The position numbers were made by a program, and so were the translations under genes. A model generated the notes under the pieces. It was not told the origin of the DNA and searched no databases. It saw nothing but the letters and a program-made list of their open reading frames with translations. A stretch of DNA of 63,935 bases, counting the filler, from Craspedostauros australis (taxonomy: Eukaryota), in assembly GCA_030167865.1 (NCBI GenBank). It is 8 parts of 8 records of this genome, joined end to end, with 100 filler letters (N's around TTAATTAATTAA, not from the genome) between each part and the next. Parts side by side here need not be neighbours in the genome. Positions count along the whole stretch, not along the records: positions 40,206 to 53,192 come from JALAGF010004065.1; positions 53,293 to 57,184 come from JALAGF010004070.1; positions 57,285 to 61,590 come from JALAGF010004073.1; positions 61,691 to 63,935 come from JALAGF010004079.1; 4 more parts are not named here. One strand, given 5' to 3'. Shown in pieces: positions 51,964 through 62,791 of this stretch; position 1 is the first letter of the stretch; each line of letters starts with the position of its first letter.

Positions 51964-52000
<37 letters not shown>

Positions 52001-53192
52001 AGCTCAGGGGGGTTCGCAACCGGCTGTGGAACTCGGAGCAACCGCTGTTGCCTGTGGCAGTGACCCTCCAGACCACCCCTGGTGTGCCTGGTCGCAGCAA
52101 AGTACGGAAGCGGCTGCCCTCTTGCATGGATTTGTGAGAGACCAGCAAGTTTGCCGCACTGGTTGAGGCCACGGAGTCAGAGCTGCGCCAGCATGCCATT
52201 CCATCTGGTGGCACCTGCGACAATGTGCCACATGCCCGCGCCTTCAACTCAAAGGTTCTCTCTGGTTGTCTGCATATGCTGCGGTTCGCACCTTCACACA
52301 CATCTTGTGAAGGTAGTGATCTCCTCTTGCCAGCAGAAATCGACACCAAGTCTGCTCTGCCCATGGAGGAGGCACTGAGACTCGGGCATCCTGTCATGTC
52401 ATACGTGATTCTGACATCAGTGGCGACGGGACAAGAGCATTCGAGCCATATGACAGTCCTGCTCCCACCCCTGTCCCTGTCAAGATCACTGCAGAGGTGG
52501 TTGGATCAGTTGCTTCCAAACTCTCTGGGGAGGCTGGTCCGGTCAGGGCGGTCTTGATGCTGTCCATCTGGGAAACTGGTGCCTGCGGTTTTGGCAGCAA
52601 GTCCAAGCATCTCCGCGAGGAGGTTGCTGCTTGGACCAACTGGCTCTCCAACTCCCATCCTCCATGGGCTGCCTACTGCGCCATGATGGCGTGCCACCTC
52701 ATTGCTCTGGACAAGCGTCCAGGTGTGCGTCCTCTCGGCATTGGCGAAGTGTTCTGTCGTGTCATGGCGAAATGCGTCCTTGCTTCCATTGGTCGTCGTG
52801 CCACTGCTGCCTGCAACAACCTGAACCTGTGTGCCAGCTTGCCAGCAGGCATCGGGAGTGCCATCCACACGGTGCAACATGCGTTCCACGACGGCGACGA
52901 CGGCCCAAGCAACGATGCCGCGCTCGCCAGTGGCAGTGACAGCACCGAATCTGGCGCCCCAGCTGCCTCTTCCAGCGAAGGCGATCATGCGATGAACACT
53001 GGCGGTGGCGACAACGGCGACGACGGTGACGACAGCCACCAGGCAGCCTCTACCCCATGGGGCATGCTGCTCGTCGATGCTCGCAACAGAGTTGACGATC
53101 TGAGCTGCAAGGCCATGCTCTGGACTGTTTGGCACTGCTGGGCAGGCGTGGCTCAAGGGGATCCTCTTTCAATGGTTCTCTAGGAGATTGCT
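51700..53192 (+). mobile_element. Degenerate CRE-clade (restriction-like endonuclease type) non-LTR retrotransposon, 3'-truncated by linker
   Basis: VYGDH..NDGSHLHGG..W, ELRGVRNRLWNSE, LIALDKRPGVRPLGIGE, LLVDARN, QGDPLSM. Contains frameshifts, stops and a (CT)n tract at 51967-51998. Confidence 0.82.
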
Positions 53193-53292
53193 NNNNNNNN
53201 NNNNNNNNNNNNNNNNNNNNNNNNNNNNNNNNNNNNTTAATTAATTAANNNNNNNNNNNNNNNNNNNNNNNNNNNNNNNNNNNNNNNNNNNN

Positions 53293-56200
53293 CCTTTCGC
53301 TTCCCACTCCTTGCGATTCGCCGTCGCGTAGTTCAGGTACTCGTCCGACGCCACGCCAAACACGCCGCAATCCTTCAGCTTCTTGGCCAGCGGGATGATG
53401 TAATGATCGAAGAATCCAAGCTCGCCCGTGTACCAATTCTTGGCAGGATCGCGTCCTGCGCGGCCTTCCTTGTACGCCATGGCGCATTCCTCGAAGAAAC
53501 GCTCGTTCCATTTCAAGTACACGTGCCAATGCTGCATCGTATGCGACACGTCGGAGGCTTGGATCAGATGCTCGATCACGACGGTGGCCTTGCGGTTCAT
53601 GTCGTTGCGCGTCGTTTCGGAGACGTTGGTGTGGTTGGATGGATTCAGTGAGGACATGGACTTCGGGATGGTGATGGGTGATAGCAGGAGGTTGTCTTTG
53701 TTGTTGTCGGCCTTATTGGGGTTAGCGCTGTTGCCGTTGCCGTTGCCGTTGCCATGGACGTTGATGGTGTTGTGTTTGATTGGGCTTCGCAGATCCAGAT
53801 GCGGCACCTTCTGCAAGATGGTCTCGGTCATTTTGCCGGAAAAGTCGATGCTTGTCACCGACGATCTCACGCCGCCGGGCTTGACCGGAGATGGCGTTTT
53901 GAATTGCTTGCTGTGCTTCTTCAAGATCTTCTTCTTGGGCGGGACGGGCGTTGCCGGTGCCGAACCAGGGTGCTTGGGTTGGACATTGGCGAAGGCCGTC
54001 TCCCAGCGCTTCTTACGGAGCAAGCCGAGCTCCTTGTCCACGATGTCCGTGGCCATGACGGTGTTGACGATCAGCTGGCGGAAGCGGTTGAATTCTTCGC
54101 AATTACTGTAGATGCAAGCACGCAGGGCCTCGTACTGGGGCGCCATCAGCAAGTCCCAGCCAAGGTCGATCGAGTTCTGCTCGGCGACGCTCTGAAACTT
54201 GTAGCGCACGGCGTCGGGATCGCGTTCCTTGCACAGCTGTGCGTTGGGGACGCCAGGATGATCCACGTCATGGATCAAGGCCGAGAGGGCAACGGAGAAC
54301 TGCGTCAATGGATCGGATGTGATACCGTACGTGTACTGGTGCAACGTCTTCGTAGCGGTCTTCGTGTATGCCATCTTCTTGTAATCAATGGAGTCCGGCG
54401 TGACGACTCTGTGAATCAACTTGATCACAGATTGCGTCACGTGGCTGAGGTGTGCGGATGTTCATACAGTGCATGGTGGAACGATTTGAGCATTGCGGAC
54501 GGAGTGGAGCAGAAAAGGGCAACGTAGCACAAAACGATTCGTCGATCAAGCAGGCATGACAAGAGTGAGATGTACGGGCATGAGTGGAGTTGCCACAAGA
54601 TTGAACAGTCATCACTGCCGCCATCTGTGCCGTTGCCATCTCCAAGACCTGAACAAAACAATAACACAAAACGACCATACGTATAGCATAGCATGATGCC
54701 AATACTCACCTGGCATGCTCAAAGCAATGGAAGCTGTTGTCGCGGTACATGTAGCAGATCCTCGACACGAAGTCTCGCAACTCCGCCACGACGGCATCAT
54801 CCAGGTGGACGGACTGTGGGTCGGTGCCGTACTTCGCTGGCTTGTTGGGGAGTTCGATAATCTCCTGAACCTCGTCGAGGATGCTGTACTTGATGGAATC
54901 GTGATGTTCCTTCTCCAGGTCCCGAAGCTCTGCCTGCTGCTGGACTGTGGCTTGCAGCGACGTGGTGCTATTGTTGGAATGGCCACGTCGCATGGCCACG
55001 ATCTTCTGGAGCAACTCACGCAGCACGTCGACGTTCCAATCGATCAAGCGTTCTCGTCTGTCGATGACACTCTCCCGAAGAAACTCGGGCATCTCTGCAG
55101 ACTCGCTGCTGCTGTCATCGTCGTCATCCGTACTCGTACTTCGATTCGCTTGTGAGCCGTACGACGAGCGAGTTGTTGAGACTGCGTCGACGCTGTCACC
55201 GAAGCTGCTGAGGCTTCCGTTGGAGGAGCTTGGTTTCATCGAAAGTGTTTTCTGTTGAAGTGGAGCTGGCGCACTGCCATCATCTATTGGCTGCGTCAGC
55301 GGCTCATGTTCCGATACACCTCCCAATCCGCTGAGGCGGCGTTGAGGGAACTTTCGTTTTTGGATTTGCGGTGTGCCTCCAACAGTGCTGGACGTCGCAG
55401 ACCCCGTGCTCAGTGACCCGTACGCCAACCAGAACGTCTCCATCTGCCCCTTGCCCTTGACATCGATTGGCTCGTTGCGTGGCATAATCCATATGTTCTG
55501 AGTTTTCTCGGATGCCTCCATGGATGCGGTAATGCTGGTTGCGGCGGACGCGGAGAGGTGAATCTTGTGCTTCTTGCCGGTGGACTCCATCCGCGCCGCC
55601 GTGTTGACTGTGTCACCGAAGAGCTGGAATCTGGACTTCTCTCCACGCAGGACGCCCGCAGTGACTGGGCCAGAGTTGATGCCAACGCGCATGCCCAGCT
55701 CGACTGTGTCAGGACCGAGCGACACCTCAAGGCGCCTGAGGACGCTGGACATCTTCGCCAAGCAATCGCGTGCGAACTTGGCCATGATGAGAGCATGGTG
55801 CTCCTGCTGTTCGGGAAGGCCAGTTGCGGCTACATAGCAGTCACCGATGGTCTACTCGTACGTGTGATAAAGAGTGAGTGAGTGAGCGAGGCAGCATCAG
55901 TAGGCATTTACGAGTGGCAGGAACGTGGAATTGAAAACAGTTTGTGATGAGTGGGAGAATGAGCAAGGTTCCTGGGTGATCACTGGGCATAGCAATCAGA
56001 GCCCAGCTCAATTTTACACTTGCACAATGGTACAATAGTGCGCACTTGCACACTGCTCATCCATCGTCGCGTGATGGGATACCAGCTTGGTATCATACCA
56101 TATGTAACCGTACTCACCTCCACCTTGAAGACGCCACGCTTCCTTGCCAGCTTATCGAAGGCGTTGTAAATGCCCTCCAACAGAATGAACACCTGCGTCG

Positions 56201-57184
56201 GTTCTCGCACGGATGACCAAGCAGTGAAGCCAACGATGTCCGCAAACAAGACCGAGGCGTTCAGGAACAGATCCGCAATTGGTTTGCTGTTCTGGTGCAT
56301 CGATGAGGCTGGGATAATAGACGCCATGGACAGCTTCCGACTCATCGATGCCTCCGTCACAGAGTGGCTGTGTTGACTGTATCCGCCGTCCAATCCCATT
56401 CCTGCGCTGCGTTGAGGGCTCGCCCCAACAAAGCTGGTTTGATGGCCGTCGCCGTTGTGCCCGCTGCTTGGAGAAAAGGGTCCCAACGAGTGCTGCGATT
56501 TCATGACTGTGACGGGACCGCAAGATGCCGCAGAATCCGACGCCCGATTCGCCATGCGGAACGCGTCCTTGTTCTTGTCGTACCTTCCAAGCAGCTCGGT
56601 GACAGGGTTCTTGGCTCGGTTCAGATTCGCTTGCTTCTGCTCCTCCTCTTCTCGTGCTGCAGCATCTTCCATCAGCCGGTCCTGCACGTTCCGGGGGAAC
56701 AGCGAGCTGACGATGGCGGTGGATCTCGTGGCTGTCGTCATGACCTTGTCCTGCCGGCGTTTCACGGTGCAGTCGTAGATGACGAAGACAAGCGCCGTGA
56801 TGGAGAGGCCTATGATCACACCGACAGTGTAGATGATGGGCTTGTCGGTGATATATGTGCTATGGAACTCCGAGGTTGGGTACATGTAGAGAGAGTTCTG
56901 GCAGTCGCTTCCTTCGAATGGGGAGAATGTGGTCTTAACCTCGTACGCATCCCATTCAGTGTCATGGAAGTCGCCGTTGCCCAGGTAGGACACATCGGGA
57001 CCCGTGATGAGGAACGTGTACTCGACACCGCAGTTGCTGCGAATGACGATGTAAATCGGGTCGATGTCCTCCGGCAGGAGGTTCACGAAGTAGTTGTGCC
57101 ACGGCAACAAAGAAATGACCGTCGCGACGATGGTTCTGTTCTCTGCGCTGGGCTTCTGGACCCGGTTGCGGTTGTTGAGGCTGC
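53293..57184 (-). CDS. Receptor-type class III nucleotide cyclase fused to class I cyclic-nucleotide phosphodiesterase; exons <57184-56118, 55851-54710, 54444->53293
   Basis: TM IIYTVGVIIGLSITALVFVIYD. Cyclase: LFADIVGFTAWS, KVE|TIGDCY, RFQLFGDTVNTAARMES. PDE: FHCFEHA|SHV, HDVDHPGVPN, ATDI, QASDVSH, ELGFFD. Both GT-AG introns (56117-55852 and 54709-54445) restore motifs in frame. Confidence 0.93.
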
Positions 57185-57284
57185 NNNNNNNNNNNNNNNN
57201 NNNNNNNNNNNNNNNNNNNNNNNNNNNNTTAATTAATTAANNNNNNNNNNNNNNNNNNNNNNNNNNNNNNNNNNNNNNNNNNNN

Positions 57285-60200
57285 GGGTGTCATCGAAGTG
57301 ACGATCCCAGTCTCTGCTCCAATGGTATCATCCGATGCTTGCTTCCTGCCATCGAAGCTGATGGTTGGGATGTGCGTTGCAGTGATTAGCTTAGCCTTTG
57401 ACTTCGCGAGCTCCTTGAGGTCGAGGTACTTCAGATGGCGCGACTTGATGTCGTCGACTTTGGCCTTGCAACTCCATCGGTTGTAATGAATGACCGCATC
57501 CGTGAAGTACGTGCCGATCATCTCTTCCTCGCCCATTCGGAGAAAAGCTTCACCAGCTAGTTCCGAAGCAAGCGCCACGTCGTGGATGCAACCTGCCTTG
57601 CTGGCGACAGCGATCGCAAGGTCGTAGGATTGCTTTATTGCGATCTTGTGGCTTGAGGTGGCAGCCTTGAGTTGCGCCGTTAGCATGAGACTGTGGTGGA
57701 GGCAGTTCGATCCTCTGTGGCGCACCAGACTCTTCAGTTCCCGCATGTTGTGTTGGAGCCTTCTCAGGTACTTCTTCTTCTTCGTACTTCTGTAACAGCC
57801 CGCTGCTGCAAGGCCGGAAAACAGCAGACGAGGAACGAGTATGCTGTAAGACGGTCTCTCTTGATGAACTTTCTCGAACCTTTCAGCGAGCTCGCTGGCG
57901 ATGGTGTACCGTTGAAAGTAGACGGCCAGACGGAGTCTGAGGGAATACCCACCTGTCAAGAAGTAGATGTCATTGGAAGCTTCATAGCTCATCGATTGCG
58001 AGCCGAAGTTTTGGACCTCGACCCAATCGATAGGTGCCTCACCAGCCAAGTTTCTCATCACTGGTAGTTGCACCTCAGAGACCCTTTGCATTGATAGGAT
58101 GTGGTACTGTTTTGTCTGATCGAGGATGGCACGCTGCGATTGGATGAGACTTCCGAGGTCGTGTCCAACGGCAATGCCAAGATCAATGCGGGAGGACCAA
58201 TTCATGGCGGCAATCTCAACGTCACCAACCTGCATGGCCGATCTATATCCAGTCTCCAGATCCTTGAAATGCTCGTGGTGAGGTCTACTCCATGAGAAAA
58301 CGAAGGAGCTGGTGCTCATATGTACTCTGCCAGACATTGCCTTTGCTTGCGTGGTGACCAACATCTTTCTCGCAAGGAGGGCCAGGCGATTTGCAGTGCT
58401 GTAATCGTTCATGTTCAGAGCAATCACCGCGCATGACGTCAAAGCAGTAACCGAGTATTCGCACAGGCCATATTTCTTGGCGAGGCGGAGTTGCTGGCCT
58501 ATGCAGACAAGGGCGACCAAATGTGTCTTTATCAAGAAGGCTTGCATTCCAAGCTTGCTCAGAATTTGCATTCCCATCTCCTTGACAGAATCAGTCATCA
58601 GCGGGAGATTCAGGATCGTCTCGTCGCTCTGACCCTTGAAAAAGTTGCTGACGAAGCGCCAGTCCTTGGCGGCTTGAAGAGCGAACCACCTCTTGGGGAA
58701 GATCTTGAGCTCCTGGGCCACACCGACCAGCAGCTCCACTGCCTTGTCACGCTGGTGCTGACGGGTGAGGATGTCGGCCATCGGCACGTAGCATGGGAGT
58801 CGTTCCTCCAGCGTCTTCGCTCGTTTCAGGACGAGTTCGAACATTGACGTGGCAACATCGTAGTTGCCAAGGGCGGCCTCCGCGCTTCCTCTGGCACGGG
58901 ACAGGCGGATGAGGATGCCGTGGAAGTGCTCGCTTTGGTTGTTGCGAACGAACTGGAAGCCACGGTAGGCCTTCTCCAGGTAGGATGCGGCCAGGGAGAG
59001 CGCGCTCTTGGCCAGTGCGATCTCGCCGACTTGGAGGTTGAGGTTGACGAGAAACAGAGTATCCTTGGTCGGCACACTGTTGAGATGATCAGCCGCGATG
59101 AAGAGCAGACCGTCATCAGTCTGCACGATGGGCTTGGCCGCAGCAGTGCCGTCCTGAGAGCTGCTGAGCTGATTGTACATGTCGAGGATGCTGCATCCGA
59201 TGGCCCTGCGGAGCTTGTCGCGGGACTCTCCCTCTGGGATGACGTTGCGAGCCGCCTGCTGGATGCGATCATGAGCGAAGCGGTAGCTTGCGGCGCCGAT
59301 GGTGTTGGTCAGCAGCCCTTCGAGAACCGCCTCGTCCAGAAGGAAGGTCAGGTCCTGATCTCCATCTGGCGCAGAACCCGAGATCTGCTCGCCGCCCCAG
59401 CAGGCGAGATCTCCGTCGTACATGCTGATGAGATCCTTGATCTCGTTCCAGACAGCCCGCAGCGTCGAAAGGTCGAATTGGGACTGGATGTAGGATGCCA
59501 CTGTGAGCAGCTGGTGCAGGGTCTTGGGGAGGTACTTCATCTTGGAGGTGATGAGATCCTCAATGTTTCCGCCAACGGACACGGTCAGGAGCGATCGTTC
59601 GTCGTCGTCGATCCCGAGGCTGCTGTTGGCGTCAGCGTCAGATCCTGGGCTTGGTCTGGTGTCGCGCCCATCTGCTTCCCATCTCCACGTGCAAAGAATG
59701 TCATCGTAGCTGATGCGGTTTTCTCGCTGCAGCGCCTCCAAGGCTTGGACGATGTAGAATGGGTTGCCCAGCGTCTTGGAGTGTAGCTTGAATGACAAGG
59801 GCCGGATGACCTTGGTCGGCGAGTCGAGCAGAGATGACATCCATTGGGTGACCTCTGCCAACGTCATGTTCCGAAGCTTCACATGGGACATGGTGGGATC
59901 GTAGCGCGGCAGTGTCTCGAGCGTGCCAACCATCTGCATGAACGGATTTGAGGGTGGGAGGTTGATGGCATCCTGGTCTGGGTCGTCTTGTTCATGGGAG
60001 AATGCGGGATCATCGATGTCGATGTGATCCTCGTCGTCATGATGACGATTGTCGATCTCATCCTCTCTCACGGTCCCAATGAGCATGAAGTTGGTGATGT
60101 ATGGGTCCATGAGAAGGCGAGAGAGCAAGGTGAGGGTGGCGGACGAGGCCCACTGCAGGTCGTCAAGGAACAGGATGATCGATGGTGCAGCTGCCGTTGT

Positions 60201-61112
60201 TGCCGCTGTTGTCGTAACTGCAGCGTCTGCTTCAGCGTCTGCTTCTGACGAGATGATTTTGATGAGCTGAACGAAGAGGTATTGGACGCTCTTCCATGTG
60301 TCGCCAGCATTGGTGGCGATATCTTCGTGATGATCTCGCGTGGCATCGGTGGGGCGAGCGGCGGCATGGGAAGGCAGGAGTACAGCCAGTGGCGGGATGA
60401 CCTTGGTGAGCACCTTGCAATCATCGATGGACAGTCCAGCCGCGAGCTTGTGCTGAAAGTACTCCATCATGTGTGTCGGGCCTTGTTCCAGCTGCTGGAC
60501 GAAGCTGGTGATTGCTTGGACAAGGGCGACGTATGGGTTGTTCATGCCGCTGTACTCGTCGAGCTTGCCCCTCAGGATGTACACTTGATCGTCGTGGCGT
60601 TCGTGGTGTTCGTGATGCTCATGATGCTGCTCGTTGGCTTTGGCAGCCGCTGTGTCCTCACGACGCTGGCTCTGTTTCGGATGCACTCGCAGTTTGATCT
60701 TGAGATCGTCAAAGAACTCTTCGAGGAGATTCGACTTGCCTGTTCCACTCACGCCGGATACGAAGACGGCAGGAATCGGGCGGTTTGTCTTGGGACGGTG
60801 TTGAGGATGGTTCGAGCCGTCGTCAATACCGGCGCTGGCATTGGCTTGTGTTGTTCCTGCTGGCTGAGTGGAAGGCCTGACGGCGTCTGCAGATTGCGCA
60901 GACTTTCCGACCTTGGATGAGCGTCGTCTTTTCTTGTGCTGCTGCTGCTGCTGCCGAGGCTGCCGTTGTTGTTTGGTGACAATGGTGTTAAATGCATCGA
61001 AGAGCAGCTTGATCTCGGCATGTCTACCGAACATGTCGCCCACCAATCTCTGCTGCATTCCGTCGGTTTGGTGTCGGCTTGTTCCTGTCATCATGTTCAT
61101 GTTCATGTTCAT
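57285..61112 (-). CDS. STAND-class (AAA_16-like) P-loop ATPase with helical/TPR-like C-terminal region; 3' end runs into linker
   Basis: Walker A GVSGTGKS, Walker B ILFLDDLQWA, KTLGNPFY, YRFAHDRIQQAA; intronless, >1270 aa. Confidence 0.88.
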
Positions 61113-61690
61113 GTTGGTGTTGGTGGCGGTGGCGTTGGTGTGTTTGGTGCTTGATGTGGTGATCGTGCTGATGGTGTTGCATCACTTGCCAATGGAAGTC
61201 GAGTTTGTGAGCTCGATTTGGACTTGGTCTTCTTCGGATGACGAGTATGAGCCCCTCGAGCGAGTCGACCAACTGTTTGAAATGAACTTTCATACTTTTT
61301 TCCTCTGATTTAAAAACTAAGCGCATATTCGTAATCCTCATAGATCTAAAACATATACTGATCCATTTTGGTTCTGCTATTGCTCCTATTTTATGTTTTA
61401 TGGACCGATGGATGTNCATATTTTCCGATCTCTTTCGGGTTTCAGCCCTTTGGCTACGACTACATCGATCCAACTTAACCCTTTGCTGTTCTTCGTTTCA
61501 GCAAGTTTGTTCCGATTTTGAATTGTTTAGTCTCTTTTTGAGGTGTTCCGATGAGACCATCCCACACCTCCTCCACGATAGCGCTAGTTGNNNNNNNNNN
61601 NNNNNNNNNNNNNNNNNNNNNNNNNNNNNNNNNNTTAATTAATTAANNNNNNNNNNNNNNNNNNNNNNNNNNNNNNNNNNNNNNNNNNNN

Positions 61691-62371
61691 GCCCCACATC
61701 GCAGTGGGCAAGACAATGAGCCATGCACTCCTCATTTGAAGAAGCTTTCAGTGTTGCAGGAGCACCACAGCTCCTTGAAGCTCAACAAGAAGAAGGCAGC
61801 GGCTCGTGCCAAGCTGGGAGAAGAAGCAGCTGAGGAAATGCAGCTTGCTATGCTCAACCGCCGAAAGAAAGCAACACCGCGCCAGCCTCCAGCTGACAAC
61901 GACCAGAAGCAGGCTGCTGTGGGACAGCCTACGAAGAAGCAGAAGCAACAAGATGTGTGGGATGCAACAAAGCAAACCACAGCATTGGTTGAGAAGCTGA
62001 TGGAGTCGCGTGCAGCCCTCCTTGCACGCATGGACAATCCTTCACCCACGGCCGCAACTACCAATGGTGCAGCCCCAGATATCAGCAGCAGCATTTCCGA
62101 ACTCATTCGTTTGCAGCGAGCTGCAGAGGAGCGCCAGGAGGCAAGAGCAGCCGTGGAGGCAGAGGAAAGGCGGCAGCTTCGTCTTCATCAACAGTATCAG
62201 ATGGCGGAATCGCGTCGCCTCGAGGATCATCGGTTGGCCGAGTCTCGCCTCTTCGAACAGGAGCGCTCCCATCGACAGGCCGCGCTCAACACAAGCATCG
62301 AATCCATGATGCAAATGCTGGCGAGATTCCTCCAGGACAAGACTGAACGTCGTGACCACTCCACAGAATGA
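61691..62371 (+). CDS. Coiled-coil ORF (5'-truncated), putative second gene of the Harbinger-type element
   Basis: Frame is open from the linker; E/R/Q-rich helical C-terminus; convergent with the transposase. Confidence 0.55.
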   Translation, partial: APHRSGQDNEPCTPHLKKLSVLQEHHSSLKLNKKKAAARAKLGEEAAEEMQLAMLNRRKKATPRQPPADNDQKQAAVGQPTKKQKQQDVWDATKQTTALVEKLMESRAALLARMDNPSPTAATTNGAAPDISSSISELIRLQRAAEERQEARAAVEAEERRQLRLHQQYQMAESRRLEDHRLAESRLFEQERSHRQAALNTSIESMMQMLARFLQDKTERRDHSTE

Positions 62372-62791
62372 TGGAATCAGAATGCATCAGTTGATCCAAG
62401 AACACAAGGTAAGTACATACATGTCAAGCGATGTGGAATATCGGTCCATGGTGAACTACAGCTTGATCGAATTGTGCATTCTGCCATCTATTCTCCACCT
62501 CTCTGGGTCACAACATGAGCGTCAGCCTCAGCAAAAACAGAGCAAGAGCATAGATAGATTGGAGTGACAGCAACAAGCGTAGACGTAGTCATAACTGTAA
62601 ACACAATCATAGCATACAACACAATTGTATCAATTCAACAGAATCGTAGCTTACACGAATTCTCCAATTCACTGATCAAATAATGGCATGCTCCAATCAC
62701 AAATTGTCGGAAAGTGTAACTGGAGCAATCGTGTACAAGGATTTGATCACATGTTCACTCTGTGTTGCTATTTAGGTTACCGTATTCACAG

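Noticed and set aside
55980..56020. Intronic ELGSDCYAQ resembling ETIGDCYVA (alternative or duplicated exon)
   Set aside because: The match is short, is followed by a stop, and has no convincing splice sites; probably chance.
53293..61112. STAND ATPase and cyclase-PDE as one fused gene or functional cluster
   Set aside because: They are separated by a linker, and the cyclase contig starts within an extracellular domain, so adjacency is unproven.
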